Shown here in pieces: positions 10,292 to 20,525 of a stretch of 64,000 nt of DNA. The stretch comes from Shigella phage SHBML-50-1, in the sequence record KX130864; one strand, 5' to 3'. Both the position numbers and the translations under genes were made by a program. Each line of letters begins with the position of its first letter. Within the stretch, counting starts at the first letter, position 1. The notes beneath the pieces are model-generated. The model ran no database searches and was not told the origin of the DNA. It saw nothing but the letters and a program-made list of their open reading frames with translations.

Positions 10292-10704
10292 TATTTTCCA
10301 GCCTCAAATGCTCGCATGTCTTGAATATGCTTAATAGCAAATCCGCGTGATTTAATAGCATCAAGAGCTCCGCTACAGAAATCCAATAAAATCCCCCAAT
10401 ACTGTAACGAGGTATCAACCTTTAAAACATCCTTATCAGCTGATAGAACTGTTTTCATTTCTGATTTCTCGTAACGATCCATACTAAATTCATCACCATC
10501 TCCTCGTCCCGAGTAGTAGTCTAATTTAGCTTTAAGAGCAACTTTTTTCTGTGCATCAATTCTAAGCATTTCCTTTTTAATACTTGAATGCTTATTAAGC
10601 CATTTACTATATAACATCACATTATTAGCTGCTTCATACTGTAATTTAGTCGAATCTATAAACACATCTTTCTTCAATTCTTCTTGAAGATCTTCTAATC
10701 TCAT
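10291..10704 (-). CDS. uvsY: UvsY recombination mediator
   Basis: 137 aa; recognised sequence; MotA-box middle promoter upstream. Confidence 0.9.
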   Translation of the reverse strand: MRLEDLQEELKKDVFIDSTKLQYEAANNVMLYSKWLNKHSSIKKEMLRIDAQKKVALKAKLDYYSGRGDGDEFSMDRYEKSEMKTVLSADKDVLKVDTSLQYWGILLDFCSGALDAIKSRGFAIKHIQDMRAFEAGK

Positions 10705-10744
10705 ATTGTTCTCTATTCAATTGTTATTGGATGGACTTAGATTC

Positions 10745-10773
10745 ATTATACCACGTTTATACGTGAAGCATTA
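10745..10773 (-). promoter_or_regulatory. MotA-dependent middle promoter for uvsY
   Basis: Minus strand reads TGCTTCA, 13 nt, TATAAT. Confidence 0.6.
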
Positions 10774-11169
10774 TACTCTATTACTAGAAGCCAGTTGTAG
10801 TTTTATCTGCTCAATATCATCAGGGTTATCGATGACTGAAAAGCGTATTTCTACTATCAGAGTATAATCATCATAAACCGGTATCACATTAACTGATAAT
10901 TTATCAATACGTGGCTCATAATTTCTTACTGCGCTTTCGATGTTACGCTCAACTGTGTCAGCAGTAAGAGGAGTCATATTTTCAAAAAGCTGGTCTGATA
11001 AATCACATCCAAATTCAGGGTCAAACGGTCTTGAACCTTTTCTTGTTGTAATAATTCCCAAAAGACTGTTTTTAATTGACCTTAATCCAAGCGATCTGGA
11101 AACGTCTTTGTCCCAGTCCATTTTCATTTCTGGGTCGATGTCAGAATAAAGCTTATTAATATTTGCCAT
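10771..11169 (-). CDS. 25: baseplate wedge protein gp25
   Basis: 132 aa, recognised gp25 sequence; start overlaps gp26 stop. Confidence 0.9.
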   Translation of the reverse strand: MANINKLYSDIDPEMKMDWDKDVSRSLGLRSIKNSLLGIITTRKGSRPFDPEFGCDLSDQLFENMTPLTADTVERNIESAVRNYEPRIDKLSVNVIPVYDDYTLIVEIRFSVIDNPDDIEQIKLQLASSNRV

Positions 11170-11795
11170 TATAGTAACTCAAAGAACTCTTTGAGGCCTC
11201 TTATTACATGAGCATGGGTTTTTCCACACTCTGGACATTTAATTGGAACAGCCAAATAAACGGTAGGCTTTAAAAGCATATCTTTTATAGCTACAATATC
11301 TGACTCTGTGATGATAGAATATAAATCTTCTAGTTCCTTTTCATTTAAGTCTTCAACTGGAATGCTTTCCCCGTTAGCATGAATCGTTTCTATGCATGAT
11401 ACTATCATGTGGGCTATATTTTTATCATCAAAAATTTTAGGGTATCGGAATTTAATTTTAATGTCACCTAGTGTATACCAGAGGTCTTCTGGTGCATCTA
11501 TTTGTGTATGTAATAGATTTATATGGGTTGGTATTTCAGTTCCACAGGTGCACTTCCAGGAGTTTTCGTGATTAACTTCACCAAGAGAATGTGCCCATAA
11601 ATGAATCAACAGTAGTTCTGATTCTTGGCGGTTTAAATCTTTTGCATTTGTGCAGTCTTTGATTAGCTTTTTAACAATTACTTCTACAGAACCATTATTT
11701 TTGGCAGTAATAAGTTCTAGATATTCTTTAAGCGTGAATGCGCGACAGTTGATTATTTTAGAACCAACTCTCACATCAAATTTGTATTCATACAT
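11169..11795 (-). CDS. 26: baseplate hub protein gp26
   Basis: 208 aa; AAGGAG SD; C-terminal CPECG motif; position. Confidence 0.85.
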   Translation of the reverse strand: MYEYKFDVRVGSKIINCRAFTLKEYLELITAKNNGSVEVIVKKLIKDCTNAKDLNRQESELLLIHLWAHSLGEVNHENSWKCTCGTEIPTHINLLHTQIDAPEDLWYTLGDIKIKFRYPKIFDDKNIAHMIVSCIETIHANGESIPVEDLNEKELEDLYSIITESDIVAIKDMLLKPTVYLAVPIKCPECGKTHAHVIRGLKEFFELL

Positions 11796-11816
11796 ATTTA
11801 GCTCCTTTATTTATCA

Positions 11817-11828
11817 TATTTATAAATA
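11817..11828. promoter_or_regulatory. divergent overlapping late promoters for genes 26 (-) and 51 (+)
   Basis: Palindromic TATTTATAAATA gives TATAAATA on both strands. Confidence 0.6.
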
Positions 11829-11845
11829 GAATAAAAGGAGCATCT

Positions 11846-12595
11846 ATGGCAAACATTATTCGTTGTAAATTACCAGATGGTGTTCATCGTTTTAAACCAT
11901 TTACGGTAGAAGATTATCGAGATTTTTTGTTAGTTCGAAACGATATAGAACATCGGTCACCACAAGAACAAAAAGAAGTAATTGCTGATTTAATTGCTGA
12001 TTATTTTGGAGACTATCCAAAGACTTGGCAACCATTTATATTTTTGCAGGTATTTGTAGGGTCAATAGGTAAAACTAAAGTACCAGTCACATTTGTATGT
12101 CCAAAATGTAAAAAAGAAAAGACAGTTCCATTTGAAATATACCAAAAAGAATTAAAGGAGCCTGTTTTTGATATAGCTAATGTTAAAATTAAATTAAAGT
12201 TTCCTTCTGAGTTTTATGAAAATAAAGCAAAGATGATTACTGAAAATATTCATTCTGTTCAAGTAGATGAAATATGGTATGATTGGAAGGAAATTAGCGA
12301 ATCAAGTCAAATAGAACTTGTTGATGCCATCGAGATAGAAACATTAGAAAAAATTCTCGATGCAATGAATCCTATTAATTTAACATTGCACATGTCGTGT
12401 TGTAATAAGTATGTAAAAAAATACACTGATATAGTAGATGTGTTTAAGCTATTAGTTAACCCAGATGAAATATTTACTTTTTATCAAATTAATCACACAC
12501 TCGTAAAAAGTAATTATAGCTTAAATTCAATAATGAAAATGATTCCTGCCGAGCGCGGATTCGTATTAAAACTGATTGAGAAGGATAAACAATAA
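11846..12595 (+). CDS. 51: baseplate hub assembly catalyst gp51
   Basis: 249 aa; late promoter at 11821-11828; Cys-containing (CPKCKKEK). Confidence 0.85.
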   Translation: MANIIRCKLPDGVHRFKPFTVEDYRDFLLVRNDIEHRSPQEQKEVIADLIADYFGDYPKTWQPFIFLQVFVGSIGKTKVPVTFVCPKCKKEKTVPFEIYQKELKEPVFDIANVKIKLKFPSEFYENKAKMITENIHSVQVDEIWYDWKEISESSQIELVDAIEIETLEKILDAMNPINLTLHMSCCNKYVKKYTDIVDVFKLLVNPDEIFTFYQINHTLVKSNYSLNSIMKMIPAERGFVLKLIEKDKQ

Positions 12596-13770
12596 TGAGT
12601 ATGTTGCAACGCCCGGGATATCCAAATCTCAGCGTTAAATTATTTGATAGCTACGACGCTTGGAGTAATAATAGATTTGTTGAATTAGCTGCTACTATTA
12701 CCACATTAACTATGCGGGATTCTCTTTATGGACGAAATGAAGGAATGCTGCAGTTTTATGATTCTAAAAATATCCACACAAAAATGGATGGAAATGAAAT
12801 AATTCAAATTTCTGTAGCTAATGCAAACGATATTAATAATGTTAAAACACGAATTTATGGATGTAAGCATTTTTCCGTGTCAGTAGATTCAAAAGGCGAT
12901 AACATCATTGCTATTGAATTGGGAACTATTCATTCTATAGAAAATCTTAAATTTGGTAGACCGTTTTTCCCTGATGCAGGTGAATCTATAAAAGAAATGC
13001 TTGGCGTCATTTATCAAGACCGTACATTATTAACTCCAGCTATAAATGCTATAAATGCTTATGTTCCTGATATTCCGTGGACTAGCACATTTGAAAACTA
13101 TTTGTCATATGTAAGAGAAGTTGCTCTAGCTGTAGGAAGTGACAAATTTGTATTTGTGTGGCAAGACATCATGGGAGTTAACATGATGGACTATGATATG
13201 ATGATAAATCAAGAACCGTATCCAATGATTGTCGGTGAGCCATCTTTAATAGGTCAATTCATCCAAGAATTAAAATATCCATTAGCATATGATTTCGTTT
13301 GGTTGACTAAATCGAATCCTCATAAACGCGACCCAATGAAAAACGCTACTATCTATGCTCATTCATTTTTAGATTCTTCATTGCCAATGATTACTACAGG
13401 AAAGGGAGAAAACTCTATTGTAGTGTCAAGGTCAGGTGCTTATTCTGAAATGACTTATAGGAATGGATATGAAGAAGCTATTCGTCTTCAAACTATGGCA
13501 CAATACGATGGCTATGCTAAATGTTCTACTGTCGGTAATTTTAACTTGACTCCTGGCGTTAAAATTATTTTTAATGATAGTAAAAACCAATTTAAAACAG
13601 AATTTTACGTTGATGAAGTTATCCACGAATTATCTAATAATAATTCAGTAACTCATCTATATATGTTCACTAATGCAACGAAACTGGAAACAATAGACCC
13701 AGTTAAGGTTAAAAATGAATTTAAATCTGATACTACCACTGAAGAAAGTAGTTCTTCCAATAAGCAATAA
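12595..13770 (+). CDS. 27: baseplate hub protein gp27
   Basis: 391 aa; TAATG overlap with gene 51. Confidence 0.9.
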   Translation: MSMLQRPGYPNLSVKLFDSYDAWSNNRFVELAATITTLTMRDSLYGRNEGMLQFYDSKNIHTKMDGNEIIQISVANANDINNVKTRIYGCKHFSVSVDSKGDNIIAIELGTIHSIENLKFGRPFFPDAGESIKEMLGVIYQDRTLLTPAINAINAYVPDIPWTSTFENYLSYVREVALAVGSDKFVFVWQDIMGVNMMDYDMMINQEPYPMIVGEPSLIGQFIQELKYPLAYDFVWLTKSNPHKRDPMKNATIYAHSFLDSSLPMITTGKGENSIVVSRSGAYSEMTYRNGYEEAIRLQTMAQYDGYAKCSTVGNFNLTPGVKIIFNDSKNQFKTEFYVDEVIHELSNNNSVTHLYMFTNATKLETIDPVKVKNEFKSDTTTEESSSSNKQ

Positions 13771-14248
13771 AGAAGTTTCTATTCCTAAAATGGGTCTTAA
13801 ACATTATAACATTTTAAAAGATGTTAAAGGTCCTGATGAAAATTTAAAACTTCTTATTGATTCTATTTGCCCGAATTTATCACCAGCAGAAGTTGATTTC
13901 GTTTCCATTCATTTATTGGAATTTAATGGAAAGATTAAATCTCGTAAAGAAATAGATGGTTATACTTATGACATTAATGATGTTTATGTATGTCAAAGAT
14001 TAGAATTTCAATACCAAGGAAATACATTTTATTTTAGACCTCCTGGAAAATTTGAACAATTTTTAACGGTGAGCGATATGTTATCCAAATGCTTGCTTAA
14101 GGTCAATGATGAAGTTAAAGAAATTAATTTTCTTGAGATGCCAGCATTCGTTTTAAAATGGGCAAATGATATTTTTACAACTTTAGCAATTCCTGGCCCT
14201 AATGGTCCAATAACCGGAATTGGCAATATTATTGGATTATTTGAATGA
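13715..14248 (+). CDS. 28: baseplate hub distal subunit gp28
   Basis: 177 aa; overlaps 3' end of gene 27. Confidence 0.8.
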   Translation: MNLNLILPLKKVVLPISNKEVSIPKMGLKHYNILKDVKGPDENLKLLIDSICPNLSPAEVDFVSIHLLEFNGKIKSRKEIDGYTYDINDVYVCQRLEFQYQGNTFYFRPPGKFEQFLTVSDMLSKCLLKVNDEVKEINFLEMPAFVLKWANDIFTTLAIPGPNGPITGIGNIIGLFE

Positions 14249-16017
14249 AAAAGCCACAAGAAATGCAAACGATGCGTAGAAAAGTTATTTCAGATAATAA
14301 ACCAACACAGGAAGCGGCTAAATCCGCTTCCAACACTTTATCTGGACTTAACGATATATCTACGAAATTGGATGATGCTCAAGCTGCCTCTGAATTAATA
14401 GCTCAAACTGTCGAAGAAAAATCGAATGAAATAGTTGGAGCAATTGATAACGTTGAAAGCGCAGTGAGTGATACTACCGCAGGTTCTGAGTTAATTGCCG
14501 AGACTGTTGAAATTGGCAATAATATCAATAAAGAAATAGGCGAATCACTCGGAAGCAAATTAGATAAATTAACGAGTTTATTAGAACAAAAAATTCAGAC
14601 AGCTGGAATTCAACAGACGGGAACTAGTTTAGCCACGGTTGAAAGCGCTATTCCTGTTAAAGTTGTTGAGGATGATACAGCCGAATCTGTGGGTCCTTTA
14701 TTACCGGCCCCCGAAGCAGTTAATAATGATCCTGATGCTGATTTTTTCCCGACCCCTCAGCCAGTTGAGCCAAAGCAAGAATCACCAGAAGAAAAACAGA
14801 AAAAAGAAGCATTTAACTTAAAATTATCTCAAGCTTTAGATAAATTAACAAAGACAGTTGATTTTGGATTTAAGAAATCCATTTCAATTAGTGATAAAAT
14901 ATCAAGCATGTTATTTAAGTACACCATCAGTGCTGCTATTGAAGCTGCTAAAATGACTGCAATGATATTGGCTGTTGTTGTTGGAATAGACCTGTTGATG
15001 GTTCATTTTAAATACTGGTCAGATAAATTTTCAAAAGCCTGGGATTTATTTAATACTGACTTTACTAAATTCTCTAGCGAAACCGGAACATGGGGTCCTT
15101 TATTACAGAGCATCTTTGATTCTATTGATAAAATTAAACAACTTTGGGAAGCGGGAGATTGGGGCGGATTGACAGCAGCTATCGTAGAAGGACTCGGAAG
15201 TGTTCTTTTTAATTTAGGAGAGCTTATTCAATTAGGTATGGCTAAATTATCTGCTGCAATTCTTCGAGTCATTCCTGGCATGAAGGATACTGCTGATGAA
15301 GTAGAAGGAAGAGCACTAGAAAATTTCCAAAATTCTACTGGAGCATCTCTCAATAAAGAAGACCAGGAAAAAGTTGCAAATTATCAAGATAAACGAATGA
15401 ATGGAGACCTTGGTCCGATAGCAAAAGGATTAGATAAAATTGCTAATTGGAAAACTCGTGCATCTAATTGGATTCGTGGGGTTGATAATAAAGAAGCACT
15501 AACTACCGACGAAGAACGTGCAGCAGAAGAAGAAAAATTAAAGCAACTTTCACCTGAAGAAAGAAAAAATGCTTTAATGAAGGCTAATGAAGCACGTGCC
15601 GCGATGATTCGTTTTGAAAAATATGCCGATTCAGCTGATATGAGTAAAGACTCAACGGTTAAATCAGTTGAAGCTGCCTATGAAGACCTTAAAAAACGGA
15701 TGGATGACCCGGATTTAAATAATTCACCGGCAGTTAAAAAAGAACTTGCTGCTAGATTTTCTAAAATTGATGCTACTTATCAAGAGCTCAAGAAAAATCA
15801 GCCTAATGCCAAACCTGAAACTTCTGCTAAATCACCAGAAGCAAAACAAGTCCAGGTAATAGAAAAGAACAAAGCACAACAAGCTCCTGTTCAACAAGCA
15901 TCTCCTTCGATCAATAATACTAATAATGTTATTAAGAAAAATACTGTCGTTCATAATATGACACCTGTCACAAGCACAACTGCTCCTGGTGTATTTGATG
16001 CGACTGGAGTTAATTAA
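14245..16017 (+). CDS. 29: baseplate hub / tail length determinator gp29
   Basis: 590 aa; ATGA overlap with gene 28. Confidence 0.85.
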   Translation: MKKPQEMQTMRRKVISDNKPTQEAAKSASNTLSGLNDISTKLDDAQAASELIAQTVEEKSNEIVGAIDNVESAVSDTTAGSELIAETVEIGNNINKEIGESLGSKLDKLTSLLEQKIQTAGIQQTGTSLATVESAIPVKVVEDDTAESVGPLLPAPEAVNNDPDADFFPTPQPVEPKQESPEEKQKKEAFNLKLSQALDKLTKTVDFGFKKSISISDKISSMLFKYTISAAIEAAKMTAMILAVVVGIDLLMVHFKYWSDKFSKAWDLFNTDFTKFSSETGTWGPLLQSIFDSIDKIKQLWEAGDWGGLTAAIVEGLGSVLFNLGELIQLGMAKLSAAILRVIPGMKDTADEVEGRALENFQNSTGASLNKEDQEKVANYQDKRMNGDLGPIAKGLDKIANWKTRASNWIRGVDNKEALTTDEERAAEEEKLKQLSPEERKNALMKANEARAAMIRFEKYADSADMSKDSTVKSVEAAYEDLKKRMDDPDLNNSPAVKKELAARFSKIDATYQELKKNQPNAKPETSAKSPEAKQVQVIEKNKAQQAPVQQASPSINNTNNVIKKNTVVHNMTPVTSTTAPGVFDATGVN

Positions 16018-16025
16018 GGAATAAT

Positions 16026-17120
16026 ATGGCAATTGTTAAAGAAATAACTACTGATTTAATTAAAAAGTCCGGTGAGAAAATTTCAGCTGGACAGAGCACT
16101 AAATCAGAAGTAGTAACTAAAACATACACAGCCCAGTTTCCAACTGGGCGTGCTAGTGGTAATGACACTACAGGGGACTTCCAGGTAACAGATTTATATA
16201 AGAATGGATTATTATTTACTGCATACAATATGTCATCTAGGGATTCTGGAAGTCTTAGATCGATGAGATCTAACTACTCTTCTTCATCTTCGAGTATTTT
16301 AAGTACAGCTAGAAACACTATTAGTAGTACAGTATCAAAACTATCAAATGGATTAATATCAAATAATAATTCAGGAACAATAAGTAAAGCTCCTGTCGCA
16401 AACATTCTTTTACCGAGATCTAAATCTGATGTTGATACATCATCACATAGATTTAATGATGTTCAAGAAAGTCTTATCAGCAGAGGCGGAGGTACTGCTA
16501 CTGGTGTGCTAAGTAATATTGCTTCAACCGCAGTATTTGGGGCACTGGAAAGTATAACACAAGGTATAATGGCTGATAATAATGAGCAGATTTATACGAC
16601 AGCCAGAAGTATGTACGGTGGCGCTGAAAATAGAACTAAAGTGTTTACATGGGATTTGACTCCACGCTCAACAGAAGATTTAATGGCTATTATTAATATC
16701 TATCAATATTTTAACTATTTTTCTTATGGTGAAACGGGTAAATCTCAATATGCTGCTGAAATAAAGGGGTATTTAGATGATTGGTATCGTTCTACATTAA
16801 TTGAACCTTTATCTCCGGAAGACGCAGCTAAAAATAAAACACTATTTGAGAAAATGACAGCAAGTTTAACGAACGTTCTTGTAGTTTCAAACCCGACAAT
16901 TTGGATGGTGAAAAACTTTGGTGCAACATCTAAGTTTGATGGAAAAACGGAAATATTTGGTCCATGCCAAATACAAAGCATTAGATTTGATAAAACGCCT
17001 AATGGTAACTTTAACGGATTAGCTATTGCTCCAAACCTCCCTAGTACATTTACTCTCGAGATTACTATGAGAGAAATTATCACGTTAAACCGTGCTTCTT
17101 TATATGCGGGGACTTTTTAA
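16026..17120 (+). CDS. 48: baseplate tail tube cap gp48
   Basis: 364 aa, Ser/Thr-rich; position. Confidence 0.85.
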   Translation: MAIVKEITTDLIKKSGEKISAGQSTKSEVVTKTYTAQFPTGRASGNDTTGDFQVTDLYKNGLLFTAYNMSSRDSGSLRSMRSNYSSSSSSILSTARNTISSTVSKLSNGLISNNNSGTISKAPVANILLPRSKSDVDTSSHRFNDVQESLISRGGGTATGVLSNIASTAVFGALESITQGIMADNNEQIYTTARSMYGGAENRTKVFTWDLTPRSTEDLMAIINIYQYFNYFSYGETGKSQYAAEIKGYLDDWYRSTLIEPLSPEDAAKNKTLFEKMTASLTNVLVVSNPTIWMVKNFGATSKFDGKTEIFGPCQIQSIRFDKTPNGNFNGLAIAPNLPSTFTLEITMREIITLNRASLYAGTF

Positions 17121-18085
17121 TGTATTCTTTAGAGGAATTTAATAATCAAGCAATAAACGCAGATTTCCAGCGTAATAATATGTTTAGCTGCGTTTTTGCG
17201 ACAACTCCATCAACTAAAAGCTCTTCGTTGATAAGTTCAATTAGCAACTTTTCTTATAATAACTTGGGTCTAAATTCAGACTGGTTAGGATTGTCTCAAG
17301 GCGATATTAATCAGGGAATTACCACGCTAATTACTGCTGGCACACAAAAACTGATAAGAAAATCAGGGGTTAGTAAATATCTTATTGGTGCCATGAGTCA
17401 ACGTACAGTTCAAAGTTTATTGGGCTCATTTACAGTTGGTACATATTTAATTGACTTCTTTAATATGGCATATAACTCATCTGGATTGATGATATATTCT
17501 GTAAAAATGCCAGAGAATAGATTATCCTATGAAACTGACTGGAACTATAATTCTCCTAATATTCGTATAACCGGAAGAGAATTAGACCCTTTGGTTATTT
17601 CATTTAGAATGGATTCAGAAGCTTGTAACTATCGTGCAATGCAAGACTGGGTTAACTCTGTTCAAGACCCAGTAACTGGATTGCGTGCTTTGCCACAGGA
17701 TGTCGAGGCAGATATTCAGGTTAATCTTCATGCTCGTAATGGATTACCTCATACTGCGGTGATGTTCACCGGATGCATTCCAGTGTCAGTGAGCGCTCCT
17801 GAGTTATCATATGATGGAGATAACCAAATAACTACATTTGATGTTACTTTTGCGTATAGAGTCATGCAGGCTGGGTCGGTTGATAGACAAGCTGCGCTTG
17901 AGTGGCTTGAATCTGCTGCTATAAATGGCATTCAAAGTGTTCTCGGAAATAGTGGAGGTGTTACTGGATTATCTAATTCGCTTTCACGACTTAGTAGATT
18001 AGGAGGAACTGCTGGAAGCATTTCAAACATTAATACTATGACGGGAATTGTCAACTCGCAAAGTAAAATATTAGGAGCAATATAA
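17120..18085 (+). CDS. 54: baseplate tail tube initiator gp54
   Basis: 321 aa; TAATG overlap with gene 48; terminator at 18089-18117. Confidence 0.85.
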   Translation: MYSLEEFNNQAINADFQRNNMFSCVFATTPSTKSSSLISSISNFSYNNLGLNSDWLGLSQGDINQGITTLITAGTQKLIRKSGVSKYLIGAMSQRTVQSLLGSFTVGTYLIDFFNMAYNSSGLMIYSVKMPENRLSYETDWNYNSPNIRITGRELDPLVISFRMDSEACNYRAMQDWVNSVQDPVTGLRALPQDVEADIQVNLHARNGLPHTAVMFTGCIPVSVSAPELSYDGDNQITTFDVTFAYRVMQAGSVDRQAALEWLESAAINGIQSVLGNSGGVTGLSNSLSRLSRLGGTAGSISNINTMTGIVNSQSKILGAI

Positions 18086-18088
18086 CAA

Positions 18089-18117
18089 TGGGGACCGAAA
18101 GGTCCCCATATTTTTAT
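18089..18117 (+). terminator. terminator after gene 54
   Basis: ggggacc-gaaa-ggtcccc followed by a T-run. Confidence 0.8.
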
Positions 18118-18404
18118 TTACGGAATGAAATAAAAGCAGCAACTGAAGCAACTAAACTGTCTTCAATATAAACTTCAATTTTTACCGGAGCTTCTGACTC
18201 AAATTTACCTGTTACTACACCTTGGAAAATGCTTTCAGTCTGCTGTGGCTTTGAAAAATTTTCAGAAGGAAAAATTCCGAACTTTTTATCTGTTCCAAAA
18301 ATTTTGATAAATTCATCATAAACTGCTTCATTAAAAGCGTTATCAGCAGGAATAACGCCTTCAACTACAAGTTCTTGACCTAAAAAGCGTAAAGAAGATT
18401 TCAT
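18114..18404 (-). CDS. hypothetical protein (alt.-3 position)
   Basis: 96 aa ORF with early promoter immediately upstream. Confidence 0.6.
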   Translation of the reverse strand: MKSSLRFLGQELVVEGVIPADNAFNEAVYDEFIKIFGTDKKFGIFPSENFSKPQQTESIFQGVVTGKFESEAPVKIEVYIEDSLVASVAAFISFRK

Positions 18405-18429
18405 TTTGTGTTCCTCATGTTATGTCAGT

Positions 18430-18470
18430 AAGATTACTATAACACAACACGAGGGACTTGTAAACTACAT
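18430..18470 (-). promoter_or_regulatory. early promoter for the alt.-3 ORF
   Basis: Minus strand GTTTACA, 17 nt, TATAGT. Confidence 0.6.
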
Positions 18471-20522
18471 CTTGAACTTTTTAGACATTCCGTTGATGTT
18501 AACCAAAGAAGCCAAGATTTGAGAAACTTCGTTTTCCTCTTCTTTTGATTCTTCTACGAGGAATTGATTAAACCCAGCCATTGGACGAACTTCGCCAGTT
18601 TCCATTAGATGATCGCCATCATATACCGATTCTTCTAATTGTTCAGAAGGAGGAACGATTGTGCCTTCGATTAGATACTTGTTATAAGCAGTTTCTTTCA
18701 TAAAGTAAGTACTTACTTTATTAATCTTCAGTAAAATTCCACGTGGTAGAATAACTTCAGCTTCTGATGGAAATCCTGATAAATGACCTGGAACGATAAC
18801 TTTGATTCGCTCAGCTCCTTTAATTACCATACCCACGCTAGTTTCAGCATCTTCATTAGCATATGTAGAATGACTACCCATATGCATCAAATCTTCTGCA
18901 TCAATGGAACCTTCTCCTTCACCAGAAAATACTGCGCCGGAATCATCTAGAGCCATATAGTTTTTACCATGCTCACCGAAGATATTTGGTTTAAGCGATG
19001 TTGATACGAAGTTCTTGAAATAGAACATTTTATTTTCAATGTTATGACGCAAAGTTTTAAAGGTAACTTCTTGCCCACGATAAAGAGTAGTTCCTGGAGG
19101 AAGAACTGAACCTTTAGCAAATGCAGAATCCAACGTCTCGATGTGTTTAATAGCTCGTTCCATATATTCTTCACGGGTAGAATCAGGTTTACCTAAAAGG
19201 AACGAGTTCATTTCAACATATGAATCTGCACAATAATCTTCAATTACATCAGACTCAGCCTGAGTTAATCCTTTTGGAGTTACTTCAGTGCTTGCGTATT
19301 CATATGCCTGAGCGGCAGATTCATTAATCAATTTATAAATGCCATTCATGACAAATTGAATAATAGCTGTCTTTTCATCTGGTGTAGCTTTAGAACCTTT
19401 AACTAAATCATTGATAATTTTCTTAATAACATCAAAGCTATTAGAAATATTAATGTCAGCAAGATCGCTTAAAATTTTATCAGTTTTATAATCAAAGAAT
19501 TCTTTATTCTTTAAATATTCTTGAGAACCTTGATATGTTATATCGCTCTGCAACTTGATAGATGGATCACGTAAACGTGCATGGGCTAATGCAATATGAT
19601 TTCGGAAACTTTCTAGTTCATAATCGTTAGATTTAAAACGAGAAGCACTTCTCATACCACCGATAGCTCCTTTGCTGAAGTTGGAACCAATCTGAATAAC
19701 GCCAGAGTTCATCGGACCTTCTGCTTTATATACAGGAACTTTAGATTCAAACTCTTGATATTTCTTGGCAGCGAAGCTATCACCCTGAAGTGAAGCATCG
19801 ACAGTAGAATATTGAGCTTGTGCTGCTAATCGACGACTAATTTTAGTTTTCTGAATAACAGCTTGATCCGTGCGCTTATCATTTTCTAAGGCAATAGAAG
19901 CAGCAACAGCAACAGCTTTAGGAACAGCATTACCTGTTTTAACATCCACATAAACATCACCAACCTTTGATTCAACTTTTGTGAATAACTCAGTTGAAAT
20001 AGGAGGTACACCTGGAATGTCTTCTAAATTGGCATTTTTACGGTAAACCATAATATATGCATACTTTTTATCATAATCCCAGATTTCCTTTAAAAGAACA
20101 TATCGACCTGCTCCTTTAGTACGTACTAAACGGTCAGCAATAACTTGCATTTGACGAGCTGCGCCATTTGTTTTACTTTTTAGTACGCGGAATAAGCATG
20201 CATCAATTTTATACTGTTTCATTGTTTGAAGAGCAGTATCAAAAACGGCATTAATGACACCAATTGGATTTCCACCTAAGTTTTTAAGTTTAACTAATGA
20301 TAGTTTCTCATTGACACCTATCATTACGATATGCATCATTTTATCGCCTGGCTTAACGTTTTTATTTGTATCACCACCAGAGGTGTATGTACAAAATCTA
20401 AATCCAGGAAGCACACTTTCTTCGCCGGCTTGAATAGCAAAAATTTGAGGTATTTTATGCTTAGGATTTAAGTTAACAACCGGCGCCGAAGCGCCGTCAA
20501 ATAATTCTGTAATAAGTTCCAT
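18465..20522 (-). CDS. Alt-family ADP-ribosyltransferase paralog
   Basis: 685 aa; N-terminus MELITELFD shared with the neighbouring gene; C-terminal R (TLYRGQ), S-T-S (FVSTSL) and E-x-E (SEAEVILPRG) motifs; AAGGA SD. Confidence 0.85.
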   Translation of the reverse strand: MELITELFDGASAPVVNLNPKHKIPQIFAIQAGEESVLPGFRFCTYTSGGDTNKNVKPGDKMMHIVMIGVNEKLSLVKLKNLGGNPIGVINAVFDTALQTMKQYKIDACLFRVLKSKTNGAARQMQVIADRLVRTKGAGRYVLLKEIWDYDKKYAYIMVYRKNANLEDIPGVPPISTELFTKVESKVGDVYVDVKTGNAVPKAVAVAASIALENDKRTDQAVIQKTKISRRLAAQAQYSTVDASLQGDSFAAKKYQEFESKVPVYKAEGPMNSGVIQIGSNFSKGAIGGMRSASRFKSNDYELESFRNHIALAHARLRDPSIKLQSDITYQGSQEYLKNKEFFDYKTDKILSDLADINISNSFDVIKKIINDLVKGSKATPDEKTAIIQFVMNGIYKLINESAAQAYEYASTEVTPKGLTQAESDVIEDYCADSYVEMNSFLLGKPDSTREEYMERAIKHIETLDSAFAKGSVLPPGTTLYRGQEVTFKTLRHNIENKMFYFKNFVSTSLKPNIFGEHGKNYMALDDSGAVFSGEGEGSIDAEDLMHMGSHSTYANEDAETSVGMVIKGAERIKVIVPGHLSGFPSEAEVILPRGILLKINKVSTYFMKETAYNKYLIEGTIVPPSEQLEESVYDGDHLMETGEVRPMAGFNQFLVEESKEEENEVSQILASLVNINGMSKKFKM

Positions 20523-20525
20523 GAT

